From the NCBI RefSeq assembly GCF_009914755.1, contig NC_060925.1: a stretch of DNA of 64,000 nt. One strand, 5' to 3'. A program made the position numbers and the translations under genes. The notes below the pieces were generated by a model that was not told the DNA's origin, made no database searches, and was given only the letters and a program-made list of their open reading frames with translations. Shown here one piece after another: positions 1 to 13,571 of this stretch. The stretch comes from the human T2T-CHM13v2.0 reference genome, Homo sapiens. Each line of letters begins with the position of its first letter. Position 1 is the stretch's first letter.

Positions 1-2154
1 AGAGCCTGCACAATTTTTACATCACTTATGTGATCAGTGCAGAGATATGTCACAATAACCCCTGTAAGCAGAAGCTAGACAAGAGTTACATCACCTGGGT
101 GATGAGTGGCGAGATATGTGACAAGGTCCCTTTAATCAGAGCCTAGACAATAGTTACGTCACCTGAGTGATCAGTGCAGAGATCTATCACAGTGCCCATT
201 TAGGCAGAGTTCAGACCAGAGTTACATCACCTGGGTGATCAGTGCAGAGATATGTCACAGTGCCCCCATAGGCAAATCCAAGACAAGAGTCCGTCACCTG
301 GGTGATCAGTGCAGAAATATGTGACAATGCCCCCAGTAGGAAGAGCCTAGAGAAGAGTCCCATCACCTGGGTAATCAGTGCAGAGATATTTCACAATGCC
401 CCTTCAGGCAGAGCATAAGCAAATGTTACATCACGTAGATCATCAGTTCAGAGATATGTCACAAGGCCCCCTATAGGCAGAGCCTGGACAAGAGTTACAT
501 CAACTCGGTGATCAATGCAGTGATATGTAACTATGCCCTGTTTGCAGAACCTAGTCAAGCGTTACATCACATGGGTGATCAGTGCAGAGATATGTCACAA
601 AGCCCCCATACACAGAGCTTAGATAAGAGTCCCGTCACTTTGGTGATCAGTGCAGAAATATGTCACAATGCCCCCATAGGCAGATCCAACACAAGATTTA
701 CATCAACTGGGTGGTCAGTGTACAGATATGTCACAATTACCCCATAGGCTGAGCCTAGACAAAAGTCCCATCACCTGGGTGATCAGTGCAGAGATATGTC
801 ACAAAGCCCTTGTAGGCAGAGCCTAAACAACTTACATCACCTTGGTGATCAGTGCAGAAATATGTCACAAAGCTTCTGTAGGCCGAGCCTAGAAAAGTTT
901 TACATCTCCTGGGTGATCAGTGCAAAGTTATGTCACAAAGCCCCCTGTAGACAAACACAAGAATATTGTTACATCACCTCGGTGATCACTGGAGACATGT
1001 GTCACAATTCCACTTTAGGCGCAGCTTAGACAAGCGTTACATCACATGACTGATCAGTGCAGAGATATGTCACTATGCCCCCATAGGCTGATCCAAGACA
1101 AGAGTCCATCACCTGGGTGATCAGTACAGAAATATGCCACAATGCCGCCAGTAGGCAGATATAGAAAAGAGTTACATCACCTCCGTGAACACTGCAGAGA
1201 TATGTCACAATGTCCCTGTAGGCAGAGCCGAGACAAGTGTCCCATCACCTGGGTGATCAGTGCAGAGTTATGTCACAATGCCCCCTTTTGGCAGAGCCTA
1301 GAGAAGGGTTACATCACCTGGGTGATCAGTGTAGAGATGTGTCACAAGCCCCCTGAAGCCAGAGCCTAGACAAGTGGTACATCAGCTGTGTGATCAGTGC
1401 AGTGACATGTCACAATGTTCCTGTAGCCATATCCTTGACAAAAGTGACATCACCTGGGTGATCAGTGTGGAAATATGTCACAATGTCTCCAGTAGGCAGA
1501 GCCTAGACAAGAGTTACACCACCTGGGTGATCAGGGCAGAGATATGTCAGAATGTCCCCTGTAAGCATATCCCAGACAAGAGTTGCATCACCTCGGTGAT
1601 CAGTGCACATATATGTCTCAATGCCACCTGTCGTCGAAGCCTATGCAAGAGTTACATCATCTCGGTGATCAGTGCAGTGATATGTGAAAATGCCCCTGTA
1701 GGCAGAGCCTAGACAAGAGTTACATCATCTGGCTGATCAGTGCAGAGATATCTCACAATACCCCCTGTAAGCAGAGCCCAGACAAGAGTTACATCACCTG
1801 GGTGATCGGTGCAGTAATATGTCATAAATCCCACTGTAGGCAAAGCCTAGACAAGTTTTACGTCACCTCAGCGATCAGTGCAGTGATATGTCCCAATGTC
1901 CCTCTAGGCAGAGCTTAGACAAGAGTCTCATCTCCTGGGTGATCAATGCAGAGGTAAGTCACAATGCCACCATAGGCAGAGCCTAGACAAGAGTTACATA
2001 ACCCGGGTGATCTTCAGTGCAGAGATAATTCACTATGCCCCCATAGGCAGATCCAAGACAAGAGTCCATCACCTGGGTGATCAGTGCAGAAATATGCCAC
2101 AATGCTGCCAGTAGGCAGATATAGACAAGAGTTACATCACCTGCGTGATCACTG
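1..2154 (+). repeat. Beta satellite (68-bp Sau3A/BSR) array
   Basis: Tandem diverged ~68-bp monomers with GATCAGTGCAGAGATATGTCACAA...GAGTTACATCACCTGGGT. Confidence 0.97.
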
Positions 2155-2186
2155 GAGGTTGCACTGCAGGATCACTGCAGGATGCA

Positions 2187-2348
2187 CTGCTGCTGGATGA
2201 GCTACTGGCGAGCCCGGAGTTTCTGCAGCAGGTGCAACATTTCCTAGAACCGGAGGCCCTGGGGGAGCTGGAGGCCTTGGAAGAGGCTGCCTCGGTGGAA
2301 GCACTCCTCAGCGTGGAGGAATACCGGGCTATGCTGGAGGAGTTTTAG
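2187..2348 (+). pseudogene. DUX4L: DUX4-like fragment encoding only the acidic C-terminal activation domain
   Basis: Translates [53 protein letters not shown]; no homeoboxes; no in-frame ATG between the upstream TAG (2112) and the fragment. Confidence 0.9.
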
Positions 2349-3050
2349 GACGCGTGGTTGGGAGGAGGTCGGGTCGGGGCAGGGCGGTGGCCTCTCTTTC
2401 GCGGGGAACACCTGGCTCTCTATGGAGGGGAGTGTCTTCCCCCCGCCACCACCACCGGGCTGACCGGCCTGGGATTCCTGCCTTGTAGTTCTAGGCCCGG
2501 TGAGAGACTCCAAACAGCGGAGAACTGTCATTCTTTCCTGGGCATCCAGGGGATACCAGAGCCGGCCCAGGTACCAGCAGGTGGGCTACCTACTGCGCAC
2601 GTTCGGATTTGGGGACAGTGGCCTGGGCTGTGGGAGCAGCCCAGGCAAAGCTCTCATGCCTTTCCTCCACCCCACCCCCGCCTTTGCACACCTTCCCCAC
2701 CCTCACTACCCACCCCCGGAAAATGCGTTCTTCCCTGGGCTGGGTGGAGACCCCCGTCCCGTGAAACACCGGGGCGCCCAGCATCCAGGCCTGACACCCC
2801 TCCGGCGGCTCGCCTCCTCTGTGCCTCCACCCCACCGTCGCTGGCCCGCCCGTGCCCTGCAGCCTCCCAGCTGACACCATGGAGCGCCTGGCAGGGGAAC
2901 GCAGACCTCTAGCTCTGTTTGCTGGACGCCTGTCTAGAGGTGCACTCATTGCAATCCCCGGCTGACCTGCAGTGGAGCCCGCTGGCCTCTCTGTACCCTT
3001 GTCCGTCCGTGAAATTCTGGCTGAGGCTCTCCCAACACCTTCCAACGCTC
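2187..3050 (+). repeat. 5'-truncated D4Z4-like unit (unit 1): DUX4 C-terminal coding end, 3' region, KpnI site, pLAM-like segment
   Basis: GC-rich; homologous to the 3' third of the other six units; GGTACC at 2570-2575. Confidence 0.93.
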
Positions 3051-5827
3051 TTTAGTCAAAGCCTGGAGAATAGTTACATCTCCTGGATGATCTGTTCAGA
3101 AATATGTCACAATGCCCCCTCCCTGTGGAGAGTAGAAAAGATTTGCATCATTTGGGTGATCAGTGCAGGGATATATCCCAATGCCCCTATACAAAAAGCC
3201 TGGAAATGATTTACATCACCTTAGTGATCAGTGCATAGGTATGTCAGAAATCCCCAGTAACCTGAACCTAGACAAGGGTAACATCACTTAGGTGATCAGG
3301 GCAGAGATATGTGAAAATTCCCGTGTAGACAGAGCCTTGACAAGTGTTACATCACCTAGTGATCAGTGAAGGGATAAGTCGTAAAGCCTCCTTTAGGCAG
3401 AGTGTAGACAAGTGTTTCCTCCCTGGGGTGATCAGTGCAGAGATATGTCACAAAGCCCCTGTAGGCAGAACCTTGACAAGGGTTACATCACCTGTTTGAT
3501 CAGTGTAAATGTATATCACAAACCCCCAGTAGGCATAGCCCAGACAATTGTTACATCACCTGGGTTAGCAGTGGAGAGATCTGTCACAATGACCCTGTAG
3601 GCAGAGCTTAGACAAGGGTTACATCACCTGGGTGATCAGTGCAGAGATATGTCAAAACACTCCTATAGGCTGAACCTAGACGGGAGTTACATCACCTGGG
3701 TGATCAGTGCAGAGATATGTGAGAATTCCCGTGTAGGCAGAGCCTAGACAAGTGTTACATCACCTAGGTTATCAGTGCAGGTATAAGTCAAAGAGCCTCC
3801 TGTAGGCAGAGAGTAGACAAGAGTTCCCTCCCCAGGGTGATCAGTGCAGAAATATGACACAAAGCCCCTGTAGGCCGATCCTAGACAGGAGTTACATCTC
3901 CTGGGTGATCAGAGCAAAGACATGTCACAAAGCCCCCTGTAGACAAATCACAGAAAACTGTTACTTCACCTGGGTGATCAGTGGAGATATCTGTCACAAT
4001 TCCCCTTTAGGCGCAGCTCAGACAAGCGTTACATAACATGAGTGATCAGTGCAGAAATATTTCACTATTCTCCCATAGTCAGATCCTAGACAAGATTGCA
4101 TCACCTATGTGATCAATGCAGAAATATGTCACAATGCCGCCAGTAGGCAGATATAGACAAGAGTTACATCACCTGCGTGATCACTGCAGAGATATGTCAC
4201 AATGCCCCTGTAGGTAAAGCCTAAACAAGAGTTACATGACTTAGGTGATCAGTGCAGAGATACATCACAATGCCCCTGTAGGCAGAGCCTTGAAAAGTGG
4301 TATATCACCTGGGTGATCATTGCAGGGATATGTCACAAAGCACCCTGTAGGCACATCCTAGAGAAGAGTTATATCACCTGGGTGATCAGTGCAAAGATAT
4401 GTCACAAGCCCCCTGTAGGCAGAGCTTAGACAAGAGTTATATCACCTGGGTGATCAGTGCAGTGATATGTCACAATGCCGTGTAGCCAGAGCCTAGACTA
4501 AAGTTACAGCACCTGGGAGATCAGTGCAGAGATATGTCACAATGTCCCCAGTAGGCAGAGACCAGGCAATAGTTGGATCACCTCGGGATCAGTGCAGAGA
4601 TATGTCTCAATCCCCCTGTGGTCACAGCCTAGACAAGGGTTACATCACCAAGGTTAACAGTGCAGAGATATGTCAAAATGCCTCTGTAGGCAGAGCCTAC
4701 ACAAGTGTTACATCACTTTGGTTATCAGTGCAGAGATATGTCAAAACACCCCCTGGAAGCAGAGCCCAGGAAAGAGTTACATCACCTGGGTGATCAGTGC
4801 AGAGATATGTTACAAGCCTCCTTTAAGCAGAGCCTAGACAACAATTACATCACCTGAGTGATCAGTGCAGAGATCTGCACAATGTCCCTTTAGGCAAAGC
4901 TTAGACCAGAGTTACATCACCTGAGTGATCAGTGCAGAAATCTGCACAATGTCCCTTTAGGCAAAGCTTAGACCAGAGTTACATCACCTGGGTGATCAGT
5001 GCAGAGATATGTCACAATGCCCCCATAGGCAAATCCAAGGCAAGAGTCCGTTACCTGGGTTATTAGTGCAGAAATATTTGACAATGCCCCCAGTAGGCAG
5101 AGCCTAGAGAAGAGTCCCATCACCTGGGTGATCAGTGCTGACATATTTCACAATGCCCCTGCAGGCAGAGCGTAAACAAGAGTTACATAACCTAGGGGAT
5201 CAGTGCAGATATATGTCACAAGGCCCCCTATAGGTAGAGCCTGGATAAGAGTTACATCACCTCGGTGATCATTGCAGTGATATGTCACTATGCCCCATAG
5301 GCAGATCCACCACAACAGTTACATCACCTGGGTGATCAGTGTAGAGATATGTCACAATGCCCCCATAGGCAAATCCAAGGCAAGAGTCCGTTACCTGGGT
5401 TATTAGTGCAGAAATATTTGACAATGCCCCCAGTAGGCAGAGCCTAGAGAAGAGTCCCATCACCTGGGTGATCAGTGCTGACATATTTCACAATGCCCCT
5501 GCAGGCAGAGCGTAAACAAGAGTTACATAACCTAGGGGATCAGTGCAGATATATGTCACAAGGCCCCCTATAGGTAGAGCCTGGATAAGAGTTACATCAC
5601 CTCGGTGATCATTGCAGTGATATGTCACTATGCCCCATAGGCAGATCCACCACAACAGTTACATCACCTGGGTGATCAGTGTAGAGATATGTCACAATGC
5701 TCCCATAGGCAGAGCCTAGACATAAGTCCCATCCCCTGGGTGATCAGTGCAGAGATATGTCACAAAGCCCCTGTAGGCAGAGCCTAGACAAGAGTTACAT
5801 CACTTTGATCAGTTCAGAGATGTGTCA
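3051..5827 (+). repeat. Beta satellite array
   Basis: 68-bp monomers; includes an apparently exact 340-bp duplication at 5003-5700. Confidence 0.97.
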
Positions 5828-6440
5828 TGCTGACTCTTTGTTCCCGGAGCTCTGTGGGCACCCGGAAACATGCATGGAAGGGTGGAAGACCGGCATGGTG
5901 CCTTCGCTCTCCTTGCCAATTTCCAAACCGGCCACACTGCAGTACTCCCCATGTTACCGCACACTGGAATCCATCGTCAGGACATCACGCCGGGGAGGCA
6001 TATTCTCTCTGGGGTTTCCCTGTGGTCTCCTACGTGGAAATGAACGAGAGCAACACGCCTGTGTGTGTGAGACTGTCCCGGCAACGGCGACAACCACAGG
6101 CACTGCCTCCTTCACGGAGAGAGGTCCTGGAACACTCAAGATTCCCACGGAGGTTCAGTTCCACACTCCCCTCCACCCTCCCAGGCCGGTTTCTCCCTGC
6201 TGAAGATGCGTGGGAGCCCAGAGAGCAGCTTCCAGTTCCGGTGGGATTCCTGGAGAGGTCCGGAGAGCCAGCACCCGAAACGCTCCCCCCTCACCCCTTC
6301 CCCCTCGCCCCCTTCCTCTTCATCCCTCCGGCCCCACCACCACCATCACCACGCCCTCCCCATCCACCCCACTACCCCCCGGCCGCAGGCCTTGACGCCC
6401 TGGGAACCTTCCGGGACGGGGCGGGCTGTCCCAGGGCTCA

Positions 6441-7889
<1,449 letters not shown>

Positions 7890-8591
7890 GATGCGGGGTT
7901 GAGATGGGGATGGGTCGGGACAGGGCAGTGGCCTCTCTTTCTCGGGGAACAACTGGCTGGCTATGGAGGGGCATGTCTTCCCCCCGCCCCCTCCACCGGG
8001 CTGACCAGCATGGGATTCCTGCCTTCTAGCTCTAGGCCCGGTGAGAGGCTCCACACAGTGGAGAACTGCCATTCTTTCCTGGGCATCCCTGGGATCCCAG
8101 AGCCAGCCCAGGTACCAGCAGTTGGGTCGCCTACTGTGCACACGCGGGTTGGCGGGCAGCCGCCTGTAGTGTGGGAGCCGCCCGGGTAGAGCTCTCATGC
8201 CTATCTACCACCCTACCCCCACCTGACCACACCCTCCCAACCCCCACACACCACCCACAGAAAATGCGTCCTCCCCTGGGCTGAGTGCAAACCATCAACC
8301 CGCGAAACACCGGGCTCACGCAGCGTCCAGGTCTGACACTTCCGTTGGCTTGCCTCCTATGCGCCTCCGCGCCACCGTAGCCAGCCCGCGCGTGCCCCTG
8401 AAGCCTCCCGGCTGCCACTATGGAGGGACTGGCGGTGGAATGCCCACTTCTAACTCTCTTTGCCAGACTCCTGGCTATACCTGCTCTCATTGCGCACCCC
8501 GGGTGATGTGCAAGAGAGCCCTCTGGCCTCTCTGTGCCCTTGTCCGTCTCTGAAATTCTGGCTGAGGCTCTCTCAACATCTTCCGATACTC

Positions 8592-10300
8592 TTTAGTCAA
8601 AGCCTGGAGAATAGTTACATCTCCTGGATGATCGGTTCAGAAATGTGTCACAATGCCTCCTCCCTGCGGAGTCTAGAGAAGATTTGCATCATTTGGGTGA
8701 TCAGTGCAGAGATATATCACAATGTCCCCTGTACAAAAAGCCTGGAAATGATTTACATCACCTCGGTGATCAGTGCATAGGTATGTGAGAAATCCCCAGT
8801 AGGCTGAACATGGACAAGGGTTAAATCACTTAGGTGATCAGTGTAGAGATATGTGAAAATTCCCTTGTAGACAGAGCCTAGACAAGTGTTACATCACCTA
8901 GTGATCAGTGCAGGGATAAGTTGTAAAGCCTCCTGTAGGCAGAGTGTAGAAAAGTGTTTCCTCCCTGGGGTGATCAGTACAGACTTATGTCACAAAGCCT
9001 CTGTAAGCAGAACCTTGACAAGGGTTACATCACCTGTTTGATCAGTGGAAATGTACATCACAAAGCCCCTTGTAGGCAAAGCCCAGACAATTGTTACATC
9101 ACCTGGGTGAGCAGTGGAGAGATCTGTCACAATGCCTCTGTAGGCAGAGCTTAGACAAGGGTTACAACGTCTGGGTGATCAGTGCAGAGATATGTCAAAA
9201 CGCTCCTGTAGGCTGAACCTAGGAATGAGTTACATCAACTGGGTGATCAGTGCAGAGATATGTGAGAATTCCCGTGTAGGCAGAGTCTAGACAATTGTTA
9301 TATCACCTAGGTTATCAGTGCAGGTATAAGTCATGAAGCCTCCTGTAGGCAGAGCGTAGACAATAGTTCCTTCCCAAGGGTGATCAGTGCAGAGATGTGT
9401 CACAAAGCCCCTGTAGGCAGAGACTAGACAATGGTTTCATCACTTGGTTGATCAGTTCAGAGATGTGTCACAATGTCCATGTAAGCAGATCTAAGACAAG
9501 AGTCTATCACCTGGGTGATCAGTGCAGAGATATGTACCAATAGCCCCTGTAGGCAGTGCCTAGACAAGAGTTGCATCACCTCAGAGATCAGTGCATAGAT
9601 ATGTCACAAAGCCTTCTGTAGGCAAAGCCCGTACAAGGCTTACATCACCTAGGTGTTCAGTGCAGTGATATGTCACAAAAATCCCTGTAGACAGAGCCTA
9701 GAAAGAGTTACATCACCTGGGTGATCAGTGGAGATATTTGACACAATGCCCCGATAGACAGAGCCTAGAAAATACTTCCATCACCTGGGCGATCAGTGCA
9801 GAGATATGTCACAAATCGCCCTTTTGGCAGAGTATAGAGAAGAGTCCCATCACCTGGGTGATCAGTGCAGAGATATTTCACAATGTCCCCTGTAGGCAGA
9901 GAGTGGACAAGAGTTACATAACCTAGGTGATCTGTGCAGAGCTATGTCAAAACGCCCCTGTAGGCAGAGCCTAGATAAATGTTACATCACCTGGGTGATC
10001 AGTGCAGAGATACGTCACAATACACCCTGCAGGTGGAGCCTAGACAGGAGTTACATCACCTGGGTGATCAGTGCAGAGATATGTCACAAATACCACTCAA
10101 GGCACAGTATAGAGAAGAGTCCCATCACCTGGGTGATCAGTGCAGAGATATTTCACAATGCCCCCTGTAGGCAGAGAGTGAACAAGAGTTACATAACCTA
10201 GTGATCTGTGCAGATCTATGTCAAAACGCCCCTGTAGGCAGAGCCTAGATAAATGTTAGATCAACTGAGCGATCAGTGCAGAGATATGTCACAATACCCC
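8592..10300 (+). repeat. Beta satellite array, ending at the strand-switch junction
   Basis: 68-bp monomers in + orientation up to ...GTCACAATACCCC. Confidence 0.96.
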
Positions 10301-10307
10301 CCTACAG

Positions 10308-10818
10308 GGTGATGTAACAATTGTCTGCACTTTGCCTACAGGGGGTTTGTGATATACATTTCCACTGATCAAACAGGTGATGTAACCCTTGTCAAGGTTC
10401 TGCTTACAGGGGCTTTGTGACATAACTCTGCACTGATCCCCCCAGGGAGGAAACACTTGTCTACACTCTGCCTACAGGAGGCTTTACAACATATCCCTGC
10501 ACTGATCACTAGGTGATGTAACATTTCTCTAGGCTCTATCTCCACGGGAATTTTCATAAATCTCTACACTGATCACCTAAGTGATGTAACCCTTTTCTAG
10601 GTTCAGCCTATTGGGTATTTCTGACATACCTATGCACTGATCACCGAGGTGATGTAAATCATTTCCAGCATTTTTGTACAAGGAACATTGTGATATATCT
10701 CTGCACTGATCAACCAAATGATGCAAATCTTCTCTAGGCTCCGCAGGGAGGGGGCATTGTGACATATTTCTGAACCTATCATCCAGGAGATGTAAAAATT
10801 CTCCAGGCTTTGACTAAA
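10308..10818 (-). repeat. Beta satellite, 3' flank of unit 3
   Basis: Monomers read TGTGACATATCTCTGCACTGATC on the + strand. Confidence 0.95.
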
Positions 10819-11521
10819 GAGCTTCAGAAGGTGTTGGGAGAGCCTCAGCCGGAATTTCACGGACGCACAAGGGCACAGAGAGGCCAGCGGTCTCCCTTGC
10901 ACGTCAGCCAGGGTGCGCAATGAGCACAGGTCTAGCCAGGAGGCCGGCAAAGACAGCTAGAGGTCTGCGTTCGGCCGCCAGGCACTCCATGGTGGCAGCT
11001 GGGAGGTTGCAGGGGTAGGGGCGGGCTGGCGATGGTGGCGTGGAGGCGCAGAGGAGGCGAGCCCCCAGAGGGGTGTCAGGCCTGGATGCTTTGCTGGCCC
11101 AGTGTTTCGCAGGACGGGGGTCTCCACCCAGCCCAGGGGAGGACACAATTTCCGGGGGTGGGTGTGGGGGTGGGGTGGAGGTGGTCAGGCCGTAGTGGGG
11201 TGGTGGAAAGGCATGAGGGCTCTGCCCGGGCTGCTCCCACAGCTCAGGCGGCTGCCAGCAAACCCTCGCATGCACAGTAGGAGCCCCACCTGTTGGTACC
11301 TGGTCCGGCTCTGGGATCCCCGGGATGCCCAGGAAAGAATGGCAGTTCTCTGCTGTGTGGAGTCTCTCACCTGGCCTAGTCCTAGAATGCAGGAATCCCA
11401 GGCCTGTCAGCCCGGTGGAGGGGGTGGGGGGAAGACACGCCCCTCCATAGCCAGCCAGGTGTTCCCCGCGAAAGAGAGGCCACCGCCCTGCCCCGACCCG
11501 ACCCCGTCCCAACACCGAGTC

Positions 11522-12955
<1,434 letters not shown>

Positions 12956-13571
12956 TCATGAATGGGGGTGAGCCCTGGGACAGACCGCCCCACACCGAAA
13001 GGGTCCCAGGTGGTCGAGGCCTGAAGCCTGGTGGTGGTGGGGTGTGGGGAGAGGGCGTTGTGATGGCGGTGGTGGTGCCGGAGAGACGAAGAGGAAGGGG
13101 GCGAGGAGGAAGTGGTGAGTGGGGCGCGTTTCGGGGGCTGGCTTTCTGGACCTCTCTAGGAATCCCACGGGAAATGGAAGCTGCTCTCTGGGCTCCCACG
13201 CGTCTTCAGCAGGGAGAAACCGGCCTGGGAGGTTGGAGGGGAGTGTGGAACTGAACCTCCGTGGGAGTCTGGAGTGTTCCAGGCCCTCTCTCCGTGAATG
13301 AGGCAGTGCCTGTGTGTGCGGAGACAGTCTCACACAGGCAGGCCTGTGGCTCTCATTCATTTCCACGTAGGAGACCACAGCGAGACCCCAGAGATAAGAT
13401 ACCTCCACGGCGTGATAGCCTGATGCAGGATTCCCGTTTGCGGCAACATGGGGAGTCTGCAGTGTGGCCAGTTTGGAAACTGGCAAGGAGAGCGATGGCA
13501 CCATGCGGGTCTTCCAACCTTCCGTGCATGTTTCAGGGTGACCGAAGATCTCCTGGAGCAAACAGTCACCA

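Noticed and set aside
2145-2348. Satellite-DUX4 fusion protein of 67 aa
   Set aside because: Starts at GTG with an in-frame stop just upstream (2112) and no promoter; treated as a pseudogene fragment.
11150-11185. G-quadruplex-prone tracts in the units, and dyad motifs (TGATCA, ATCACCTAGGTGAT) and E-boxes (CAGGTG) in satellite monomers
   Set aside because: Intrinsic properties of D4Z4 and beta satellite; nothing locus-specific or functionally supportable from sequence alone.
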